From Stegostoma tigrinum (Eukaryota): a stretch of DNA of 64,000 nt. The DNA lies in the NCBI RefSeq assembly GCF_030684315.1, contig NC_081375.1, positions 32,539,073-32,603,072 on the forward strand. Direction: 5' to 3'. Under the pieces are notes generated by a model. That model saw only the letters and a program-made list of their open reading frames with translations. It made no database searches and was not told where the DNA came from. The first letter of the stretch is position 1. The number at the start of each line of letters is the position of its first letter. The position numbers and the translations under genes are program-made. Positions 49,671 through 60,615 of this stretch are shown here, one piece after another.

Positions 49671-50786
49671 ATTGGGCTGTAAACAGTCATTGATGCAAAT
49701 TCAATTCAGAAATGTATCATAAAGATAGGCATTGACTGAGAAACTATCTATACCAAAGAATAATGAGATAATGCATGATCGTGTAATTAGGAGGTAAATA
49801 AAAGAGCCTATTATATATTAAACAGTGTGTTGCCATTCCCTATATATTGTCATTTGCATGAAGGAGCAAAAGGGCTCACAAGTTAATTTCTAATGGCTGG
49901 TTTTATTGACTTAACTCTATTCCCTTTCTAATTGCTCAACGGCAACTATAGTTGACTCTTAAGAATTCTTTTTGACATTAATTTTATTTGAGTACTGTAG
50001 TTCTTCTTCCTGTAGCTCTCCTGCTAAGTTATTTCAGCTATTTTTAGTACTAGGATATAATCTATCACTTCTGTTTTTAGTTGTTGTTTTGTACTACCTA
50101 CAAAGTCAGGCCAAGTTCCAGGCAGATCAGCATATAGAGCCATGCTCTTCTCAGCACACTCATACTGACAACTACAGAAAGCTGGAGCACTCAGTTCCAC
50201 ATAATTTCTTTTTAAATTATCAACAATGCACTTAGCTCCAGCTGTCACAGCTTAAGTCTGTGTGACACCTTAAATGCATATTCCAGGTTTCAATCAGATC
50301 TTTAAAACTTAAAAACAGTGAACATTTATTTCATTTATATGCCAAGAAATGGCCGAGTATAATTTTTCAGCATATTCTGACACTACAATTCAAATAATTG
50401 TCCATATTTCCACACTCATACTTGTCAAAGATTTCAGGTTGGACTTGGGCAGCCATCAAGTGCCCCCAAACATTAGGGGCAGCGTCAGTCTGGTGATATT
50501 GGGAATACATATTCTGTTACTCTGGGAAAGGCGTGTTGATCCATGCAGAAGTCATTTTTCACTGTGAAGAACCATAGAACATTTCTGTACGTTAAATATT
50601 GTTGCGAATATCTGTTGCATAGGCTGATCCATAGGCTAAACAATTGATTGCCACCTATTTATCAGTATACACTGTCAGCCTTAATGTACTAATTCCCTGT
50701 TGTTAACCTTGCTGGAGATAACAGGATTATGTTATTAAATTGAGGCAGTTGTCTACAACATTGGCAACTAAGTTCACCAAGTATCA

Positions 50787-50979
50787 CACATTTGGCAGCA
50801 TTTGTGAAGAAAAATTAGAGTTAACATTTCAGGTCCACTGTTCCTTCCTCAGAAGGTCACCGGACCCGAAACATTAACTCTGACTTTTTTTTAATAATGC
50901 TGTCAAACCTGCTGAGCTTTTTGAACAATTTCTGTCTTTATTCCCGATTTACAGCATCTGCAGTTCTTTTGGTTTTTAT
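50787..50979. mobile_element. Older PLE-family fold-back insertion centred on the HHR
   Basis: AGAGTTAACATTTCAGGTCC...GGACCCGAAACATTAACTCT inverted arms; TSD ACCAAGTATCA at 50776-50786 and 50980-50990. Confidence 0.8.
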
Positions 50980-52444
50980 ACCAAGTATCATGGTTGCTGT
51001 CCAAGATTATGTGAACAGGACAATTTCCAAAAGAGGCACATAACGGGCTGTCTCAGGAGGGAGAAGTGGTCGATATGGGTCTGCTCCGATATTGCCAGGT
51101 AGCTTTGCTGGTCATCTCACAACATGATCAACTCGTTCATAATCACCTGGGAGCTTGACTCTTGAGTGCGTCTATCATTCTTACATCCACCTAAATTCTA
51201 AAACATAGATTGATAACAAATGTTGACAAGGTCCAAAATTATGTCCATTCTGAGCAGTTAGCAGCTGAGATGAAAAGCTGGTAGGGAGCAACAGCGATGT
51301 TTTGGTTATAAATCTGTGCAGAATGAATCGTGGTTTTCAAACCAGCAGCAAACCACAGAGACCATAATAATTATAAAAGCAATAGTGCAGAAGAAGTAGT
51401 GAAAAATAATCTTCTTAAACCAGGTCAGACTGAGCTGTTAGAATGGACATGTTATTAAACAATATTTGCTTTAAAAAGAGAATCTGCACACCAAGAATAC
51501 ACCAATGGGAAAGGGAATTGAATGTGGTACATATTTAAATATATTTACATACATTTAACAACTATAATGAGGCCTACTTGCTCGTTTTAATGCAATACAC
51601 ACAAAAGAGCAAGGAGCAATTCCATGAGTTTGATATCATGGAATTAGCTTTTAATGATTATATTTACCATTAGTAACGTAGATTTTCCCAGTGCAGAATT
51701 AATTTAGATTATCATCAAAAGGTAAATGTAAATTAAACCACCATACCTTCTCTCTTTATTACAACCGTTTTCTATCTAATTCTATCAAGTAGTTGGTTTT
51801 CAACTGCTCCCACAAGCTATCAATGCAAGACATCTGGAACTGAAAGATCAAAGAACTGAATCCAACTGACTCCAGCAATACAAAGGTAAATCCTAGAATG
51901 AGACCTGCTTTTGTGTCGATAATTAGCAAAGAAGACAGGAGCTTCTCTGTACTCCTTAAGTTCCATTAATGTTGCTTTATTATTGTTTTGCAGGTCTGAA
52001 TAGGAAACCCAGGTAGTGAAGGAATACAACGGCAAGCTGACAAAGAACAGATAAAACATTTGGCTGATGTAGTAGAAAGAAAAAAACTAACTAAAAAGTT
52101 TCCCTACAGAGATGGATAAGGTAGATTCTAGAAGGTTTGGTATGCCACCCTAATAAATTGTAAATGAGATGCACAATCAGAAGCTCATCAATTTCTTGTG
52201 ATTTGCATTTCTAGTTAAGTTAATGCAGTCGGATTTAAACAACAATCCTCCAAGAAATAATGTGGCTAAGAGGAGTCAAAGGGTCTGACGTAGGGATGTG
52301 GGTGTAGCGACAGTGGCAAGGGAGTCAAAAAAAATTTCATGAAAAGTTTGATTCTAGGAAACTAAGAGATAAAGACAAAATATCAGGAATGATTCAGCTG
52401 CAGGTAAGCAAACAGAGGCAGAAAGATCAAACAATGCTGGAAGA

Positions 52445-53290
52445 ACAAATGACTGCAGATGCTGGAATCCGTACTGAAAACAAAAAAAGTTGGAAATCAC
52501 AGTAGGTCAGGCGGCATTGGTAGAGAGGCAGCAAGCTAAGGATTCAGAAGCAGTCGAGGACTCTGTCAACTACAGTGAGCCATAACTGTAGGTTCCCACC
52601 CACAGTGATTGACAGGGCCCTCAACCACATCCAAACTATCACCTGTGCTTCCGCCCTAGCCCCTTCCCACCACTCACAACAGCGTGATTGGGTCTCACAT
52701 GTCCCCACCAGCCTCCGCATCCAAAAGATCATCATTTCGGACAACTCCAGCAATTCGCCACCACCAGATGCATTCACCCCACTTTTCTGTCTGTGTTTTG
52801 CAGGGACTATTCCCTCTGGGAGCCCCCCCTCCACCCCCGCCAGTCCATTGCTTAATGACCATCAATACCACCAATACTTCTTCTGAAGAAGCGTCCTGAC
52901 CCGAAACGTCAACTTTCCTGCTCCTCTGATGCTGCCTGGCCTACTGTGTTCCTCCAGCTCCACACTGTGTCATCTCTCCTTCAGACGAGGCACTTTATAA
53001 CTTTTTGGACTTAACACTGAGTTCAACACCTTTGTATTGTGAACTCACTCCCTCTTCTCTCCTATCTTTTTGGTTTATTCACTGCATTTTCCGTCACCAT
53101 CGCACTATCATCACTTCTCTCCCCCAGCATTCCAATACCACCCCCCAAGCCATGATTACATAAATGCTACTTCCTCCACACTTCACATCAGTTCTGGTGA
53201 TGAGTAATCTGGGCTCAAAACATTAACTTGCTCTCTCTCCATGGATGCTATCTGTCCCATTGTGATTGCCATCTTTATTTTTGTTACAAT
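52445..53290. mobile_element. Composite of old PLE fragments (ORF remnant, inverted arm, two HHR-bearing 3' ends)
   Basis: FPPTVIDRALNHI resembles FPPTVIENALDRV of the young family; HHR variants at 52883-52912 and ~53194-53227. Confidence 0.75.
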
Positions 53291-53404
53291 ATTGGAATCT
53301 CGGTTCATTATAGGGAAAATAAGATTCTGCTCAAAGTATATTGCAAGAGATGAACATTTCATTAGGCTGCTCTCTCCGCTGGCCCTTTTCTATTCTCTTC
53401 GGGT

Positions 53405-54032
53405 TGTAACAATACTATGGCATTAAGAAGTGTACTTTGACGTTTTTTTTTAAAATGAAGAAAAGTGCTGAGTAGTCTGCTCCAATGTCAATAAACTAAA
53501 CAGCTTGTGAGGTCATAGGGACTTTTTTTAAAAAGTTGGAATAAGAGAAGCAGCCTGAATAAGTCGGATCAAGGTTCCATGGAACCAGGAGTTTTAGTTT
53601 TAGGTTTTCAGTAGCAGTCACTGCTGGGGTCTTAAAGCTGGATGTAGAAGTTGTTTTTCTTCTCTCTGTTACAGCTAAAAGCTGGGGTTTCTCTTCCTCC
53701 TGCTATAATCACATGTGAGGCTATCTGTTTTACTGTATTTGCCTTTGCCAAGGATGTGTTTATGGGATGTTGCTATATTGGAACAGTTGCAGTTTAGTAG
53801 TTAAATAATCCATTGTTTTGTTAAGTTTTCCATTAGAGTTAAGTAATTCTTTCTTTTGTTGTATTTTAACTAAAGTGTTGGAATAAAGTATGTTTTGCTT
53901 CAAGACTGTTAGTCTGGCCAATCAAATTGCATCTGGAATGCAATGCCTGGCACTTGCCATTAAAATAAGAAAAAGTTAGGGTCCAGGCTATCCTCCCAAT
54001 ATTTTGTGAGGGGGCTTGGTCTGGTCCTCTCA
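53405..54032 (+). mobile_element. Solo LTR (628 bp)
   Basis: TG...CA ends; perfect 4-bp TSD GGGT at 53401-53404 and 54033-54036; internal AATAAA (53882); homologous to 22111-23954. Confidence 0.9.
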
Positions 54033-55026
54033 GGGTGGTATAAATAAAGTTGGTCCAAAGCTGTGAGTCTATGTTATGCAGTTTTCTCAATGTATTATTT
54101 GGCAAAAGGGGTAAACTTTTTTTTTGTGTTACATTTGAGAAATTAAGGACTATAACAAATGTCTGGAGCTTCTTAAATTGTTATGCGTGTACTTAAACAA
54201 TTTGAAAGACTTCTTGATGTTTGCATGTCATATTCAAGTATACAGTGAGTCAGCATGGTAGGCCATTGAAGAAATTGGCACGGAAGGTATATTTGGGGTG
54301 AATGGGGGAATTAAACCCTAACCCTAACTAAAAGGTTTCATGTTGGGCTGAAACCAAATAAAGTAGGAAATAAGGACAAAATGGATGTTTTTCTCACCTT
54401 GATTGGGCCAACTGCTTTGAGGTAGCGTCAAATCAATGTTGGCCTCAAGATCCCAATGTCTAAAATTGCCGAGATTGACATTAGGTAATGGCACCTAACT
54501 GCATTGACAGAGCCAGTGCAGGCAAGCTGGGCTGAATTTCCTACTTCCTCACCAGAATAGCTCTGTTATTCAGAGTTCAGAAATTCTGGTAAAAACACTA
54601 TGGTAATGAGGAGGTGCATGAGTTTGAAGTTGTAAAGAGATTTGGTGCATTCACGTGAATATTGAAGATTGAACAGAGACTCCATCAGTACTATGTTGGT
54701 CATTTGCTTGAAAGAGGACATCTAGCAAAGGAAGAGCAGACAAAATCTCCTATAATTCAAAGCCTTCGCCCAACACATAGTGAAAGAGAGAAAGAAACTG
54801 AAAGTAGCAAAGATCCTGAAAGTTTTCTGGCATTGCAGAATCCAAAACTAATTAGGAAAAATCAATGTCACAGTCATAACCTTTAAATGGAGTTCAAGGT
54901 TCAGGCTTGACACATTCAGAGATATTGAGAGAGCAGAGTCGAGCTGACGGAAATGGAAGGACACATCCAAACAGAAAGAGAAAGAGGTCAGATAAGCTAA
55001 TTGAAAGTGTATACATTGCAAGAATT

Positions 55027-55160
55027 AGGGCTTTGTAGTGCAGTGAGTAACATCCCTGCCTCTGAGTTAGCAGCTCCGGGTTCAAGCCCCATTCTAGAAC
55101 TTGATGGATAAGGAACATGTACTCATGATGTGGCCAGACAGATTTGAGTATCTGCCTGCA
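55027..55160 (+). mobile_element. Short tRNA-derived SINE
   Basis: GGGCTTTGTAGTGCAGTG...CCGGGTTCAAGCCCC A/B-box-like head. Confidence 0.65.
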
Positions 55161-56824
55161 ATTCAATCCAACACATCAAAATGGCATGTAGTAAGAACAG
55201 AAGAGGTTCTTTCCTTCTCAGGAATTTGATGGGACAGATATTAGCATCTCTATTGTCGCTGTCTGGGCTTCATATTATAACATGCATGCTTGCATAGAAG
55301 TTCAGACTCCCTGGATTAACTGTAACATACTGCCAACAGGAAGGAAGATTAATGCGTTGCTCTTTTAACTATTTCTTTTCAAATGATGATATTTTGTAAA
55401 ACATATTCTGCTGTGAAGTAAAATCATTTTAGCTTTTGCATGTAAATTATTCTCATAATTGTTTTTGAGTTTTCTGTCCAAATGCAGGTCACAGATTGTA
55501 ACCTAGGTCAGTGTTGCATTAAGTGAAACAGGATTCTGTGCAATGTAGAAAACAGTTCAATGATTTTTGCCATTCTGCAAAGCCACCATCTTCTTTCAGC
55601 TGCATCACATTCATAGGGCCATCACTCACTCCAACTCTTCCACTGCACATGCTTCTCACTAAGACTGATGGAGCTTCCTACTAATGCATGCCACATGTCC
55701 ACTCAATAATCTGAGCCACCTCAACCTCCCAAACCGCAAACTTGTCCTGCCCTCTGTCCCGCTGTGCTTCCTACTCATTCACTGGGAGCGCCTCATTACC
55801 TCCATTAACTATTCTTGCATCATCTTTCATTACATTCAATGCCTTCTTTTGCCTCATTGGATGAAAAACTAGCAAATCCCTCAGGCTGATGCCTCCAAGT
55901 AACTTGACTGACTTAACTGGAATCTTGAGACTGGTCGCACTTTACCTGCAGGGCTGACCATGTTCTAACCACTGCACTATAAGGGCTTCTATCCCTGGTA
56001 TCTTCTGGTTGGACCAAGTGCCTAACTGACCGTGGTCAACCATCTGGATTAGACTAGGACAAGCCCATTGACTCACTGTGACATTAACATAATTCCCCTT
56101 CACCCCAATAATGCTGCTCCCTTCAACATTCACACATGACCATTTGTTTGAAATGCAGGCAAAGTTTTTGCCATGTCAATTCCTAGCACATACTGCAGGC
56201 ATGAATTTGACTGAGCAGGGTGCCACACAGTGACATGTCCACCCCCTTGACTTTTGTGCTCTTCATCATGAAAAGCTGCCTGCTTCTCCCTCTGCACAGG
56301 CCCGCAATGTAAATCACAGAAGACAGCAGCATCTAACTGGGCACCACTGCGCTAAGAAAACATGAGACGTAGACAGAAGCTGGCAGCCTCCGAGCAGATG
56401 TTAAGTGAGTGAGCACTACTAGAGCAAGCTAAGAACCTTAAGATGCATCCTATGCAGGCGGATAATGCATAGGTATCTCTTCCTGCAGTGACCTAACAGA
56501 ATCATGCATGCCATACATGCTCCTGAGCTCCAAGATAAAGTATTGAAGTGGAGTGTGAGTTAGTGAAGAGCAGGCATGATGATATGATGCAGTTGGTGGT
56601 GGTTTGTCAAAGGTGACTTGTGTAGGTGATGGGTCGAAAAGGATGGCAGCATGAAGAATGTAGTTTGTTTTTGTAGGATGGCCAAGACTGAAATTCAGTG
56701 ACCTGCAGCTGCCAAGTAGTCAGCCTGTGACACATATAGAGTTCGCATTGTGTAGTTTCTTGGGAAAGGTGAAAATGGAAGTGACATGTAATCAAGGTGA
56801 GTCGGGACTTTAAATAGATTTAAA

Positions 56825-56948
56825 TGATGAGTCATCTAGACTCAAAATGTTAGCGCACTCCCTCTGCATGGATGCTGCCTGGCCTGCTGCGATCTCCAGC
56901 ATCTGTCGAATTTAGTACAGATTCCAGCATCTGCAGTAATTTGCTCCT
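56825..56948 (+). mobile_element. Older PLE-family 3' end with decayed HHR variant
   Basis: TGAT-GAGTC-ATCTA-GACTC-AAAATGTTAG followed by GATGCTGCCTGGCCTGCTG...TTCCAGCATCTGCAGT. Confidence 0.75.
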
Positions 56949-58341
56949 AAATGCATGCAAGTAAGGTAGATACCACTTAATGGTGAGATTCTAAAGTCAC
57001 CATTTAAGATTTGCTGGGAAAATTGAGAAAAAACCTCAACATTGGAGATTCTGATGTTTTCCTTCTCTCTGTATTTTTCCACCTGAACTGCCAATTGTCA
57101 CCCCACACTAGGTGGGGGAAAATTCCACCCAATGAGTTTTTCTCAGTGCAGTTTTCAACATGAAGAAAGAGAAAGACAAAATGCCAGGAATGATTCAGAT
57201 ACAAGTTAACAAAATTATAAATGAACATCAGAAAACAGTATTTATTTATGTGAATTAGAGGAAACGAAGGATTCTATTGCAATGAATGAGAAGACACATC
57301 CTAAAGAAGCATTTAAAAGTTATTGAAAATAATGCTTCAACAGATAATAGATTTTAAATTTTAAAATTAAACAGTCTATAAAAACTGCAGGGAAAGCTAT
57401 GGGTAACTGCATTATATCACAGTTTAAAACATAATTAAGATAAATAACTCTGTGCATGACCTGGTTTTCAGTTGTAAATGCTAAGTACAACGGTGTGCAG
57501 AGAAACATGCACTTATACATCCTTGAAAGTATACTGATCTTTTTTCAAGAAGGGATCAGCCTCAGACATGTCAAACAGATTTTCAAAATCTCTCAGTGAT
57601 GTAATTTTTTTCCTAGGCCAATGATCAGGCTGATTTTCTGGAATTGGTGTAAAAATCAACAGGTCTAATTCACTGTAAACATTTCACTGCGATCAGATTA
57701 AGTCCACCCTCACATTTTACTCTGCCTTGGTGCATTGCCATGTGCTCTCTAGTCTAGTTTGTGCCTATTTCTGAGACCTCATGAAAGTTGCAGAAGCTGA
57801 CAGGAAATAATACTGTAAGATTTGGTAAGCTGGGGAAATTTAAAGAAATGTACCTTTTTTGTTAAATAATTTCAGAAATTTAAATAAAGCAACTAAAACA
57901 CTTAAAAGTTATGCCAAATTTCCAAGACAAGAAAAATTACATTTAGATATATGATTAATCACAATAAATTGAAACATATCTACCTAGCAACAAAGTTAAA
58001 GCAATTATTGGCCATACCACTAATTTTCCCAAATGCATGGGAAAGCAACAGTATTCTTTGAAGCACAGGCTGTATATACACTAACCATGGAAACAGCCTG
58101 ATTACTTTGTAAGAATTATTATTGATAACAACAGGTACAAACACCGTGCAAAACTGAAGAAATCACACAAAGTATTTATTCAAGCATTTTTGCAGCAATT
58201 CATCAACTTCATGCTATGAAATAAAACAAAAGGTGCATTTATTTGTGCTTAATGTAAAACTTTGACCACATTAAAGCCTGATGTTAACTGCATCAGATTG
58301 CTCTAAACTCCAAGACACAGAATAGGCTGATCTGAGCTGGT

Positions 58342-58488
58342 AATAAAATGTGAGGCTGGATGAACACAGCAGGCCAAGCAGCATCTCAGGAGCTTTTGTG
58401 CTCCTGAGATGCTGCTTGGCCTGCTGTGTTCATCCAGCCTCACATTTTATTATCTTGGAATCTCCAGCATCTGCAGTTCCCATTATCT
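58342..58488. mobile_element. Minimal PLE hairpin insertion
   Basis: Perfect 53-bp inverted repeat 58341-58393 / 58400-58452 with loop TTTTGT; TSD CTGATCTGAGCTGGT at 58327-58341 and 58489-58503. Confidence 0.93.
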
Positions 58489-59449
58489 CTGATCTGAGCT
58501 GGTTGCAACTTTTCAGGTCCAGGCAACCAACAGCAAATATTCAAATTACCACACCCTGGCAATTTGGCATGCAGGCATGATAAAAGTAAAGCAGTGAGCA
58601 GATATTTATCCCAGCGGACTTTCACACTGCAGAACACATTGAAAGCCTAGGATTTGTTATTTACTCGATCATTCTTTCACATCCACCTGTTGTTCCAATC
58701 AAATTGTGCGCAGTGTAACAATGAGTGGATAATACTCTCACATTAAATGTAACAGAAAATCTTTGCCTCTATCTTAAAATGATGCTGCTGGGCCAAGAAT
58801 AGTGCTTTTTTTTTGTATAGTTTGCTTGCACCTCCTATGCCGACATTATTGCTTTTATTTTCAGGAGGCAATTTGAAAACAACGCACATTGAATGTTCTG
58901 CACTTAACAGTTTCAACCCTTCCATGCAATCAGCTGTCGGAATTTTGTAATGTACAGTATACTACTTTCATATCCTGCATGAGCAATACTTTAGTATTTT
59001 CATGGTGAGATTGTAATTTCTATCATTGAACTTGCTGGTTATTATATTTTGATTAATGTTACCATTGCAAAGGAAATTAAAGAATATTTTCCAATGTCAG
59101 GTGACTACAATGTTTCAAATACAAAGTTTATAACATTGTTATGTTCTGGGACAACAATTTCCGGTAAAATAGAGGAATGAAAAGGCAACTCCTATAAATT
59201 CTACCCTCCAACAATCTTGGGTGGTTGATTTTAAAGGTTAAAGGGTGAACAGGAGGCTGACAAATGGGAAATATGTGACACCTGGTTTAAAACTTAGAGC
59301 CGCTAGCAGCTTGACTGTTAAACATAATGAATTACATGAATAATCTAATTAAGAAGTAGCAAGTCAGGGGAGAGAGTAAATTGGGGAGATGATGTAATTA
59401 AGGAACCAGCTTGTCAAATAAACATCCGGAATTACGTACATTGACTGCT

Positions 59450-60200
59450 TAAACATTGTATAGGAGCAAGAATGTCTTGCTACAGTTATACAGAACTTTG
59501 GTGAGGCCACACCTCAAGTAGTTTTGGTTTCCTTATGTGAGGAAGGATGTTCTTACTATGGAAGGAGTATAGCAAAGTTTTATCAGACTGATTCCTCAGA
59601 CGGCAGGACTGGCATATGAGGAGATGTTGAATTGGTTAGGATTATATTTGCTGTAGTTCAGAAAAATAAAGGGGGGGGGAATCTCATGTAAACGATTAAA
59701 CATCTAACAAGACTACACAGGGTAGATGCAAGTAGGTTGTTCCCAATTACAGCAGAGTCCAAAACCACAGGTCACAGTCTAAGCATATGATGTAAACTAT
59801 TTAGGACTGAGATGAGGACCAATTTCTTCACCCAGAGTGATGAGCCGCAGAATTTATATAACTGAAAGCAGTAGAGGCCAAAACGTTGTATGATTTCAAC
59901 AGGGAGTTGCATAAAGCACTCAGAGCTAAAGGAACAAAAGGATATGGGAGAAAAGTGGGGTAACAAAGTGTGAAGCTGGATGAACGCAGCAGTCCAAGCA
60001 GCATCTCAGGAGCACAAAAGCTGACGTTTCAGGCCCTTCATCAGTGAGGGGGATGGGAAGATGGTTCTGAAATAAATAGGGAGAGGGGGGGAGGCGGAGA
60101 AAAGTCTGGGAACAGGTTATTGAGTGATCAGTCATGATCATAATGAATAGCGAACCGGGCTCAAAAAGTAAAACAGCCTACTCCTGCTCCTATTTTCTCA
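59450..60200 (+). mobile_element. CR1 LINE 3' fragment, interrupted by a PLE piece
   Basis: LLQLYRTLVRPHL motif; tail CCTACTCCTGCTCCTATTTTCT. Confidence 0.85.
59960..60095 (-). mobile_element. PLE 3' UTR fragment with stem-II-deleted HHR (60021-60044)
   Basis: Minus strand CTGATGAAGGGCCTGAAACGTCAG; TSD GGAGAAAAGT at 59947-59956 and 60096-60105. Confidence 0.85.
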
Positions 60201-60409
60201 GTACTGTAGAACCCCAATGATCATTTGAAAAATTGGACCTCTCCTTGTATTTGAATAAAAATTGTTCATTTTGATCAAGACAACTTACTCCTAAGGCATT
60301 ACTTGGTATTGGGTGATCACTCACCCTTTTCAAAGGGATCACTGTTGTTTTACTGGGAAGAGATTCAGATTGTTCACACCTATGGTCAATGGCAAAAGTA
60401 TCAGTGGCT

Positions 60410-60615
60410 CTGGGCTGGAATTTGTTCCCCAAATCCCAAAAAGAAACTAGCAAACTACAGTCAAGTTAGCCTAATGGCTGTCATTGTGAAAATGCTGGAG
60501 CGCATTATTAAGGAAGAAATGGCAGGGCATTGACGAAAGCTTAATGCAATAAAACATAATCAACAAGATTTTGTTACAGGGAAATCACGTTTGACAAATT
60601 TGCTGGAGTATGTCC
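60410..60615 (+). mobile_element. CR1 RT fragment
   Basis: ANYSQVSLMAVIVKMLERII...QQDFVTGKSRLTNLLE. Confidence 0.8.

Noticed and set aside
51886-51993. Intron-like GTAAAT...TTGTTTTGCAG segment
   Set aside because: The upstream would-be exon has stops in all three frames; no supporting gene structure
54316-54327. (CCCTAA)2 telomere-like motif
   Set aside because: Only two units and not at a PLE junction
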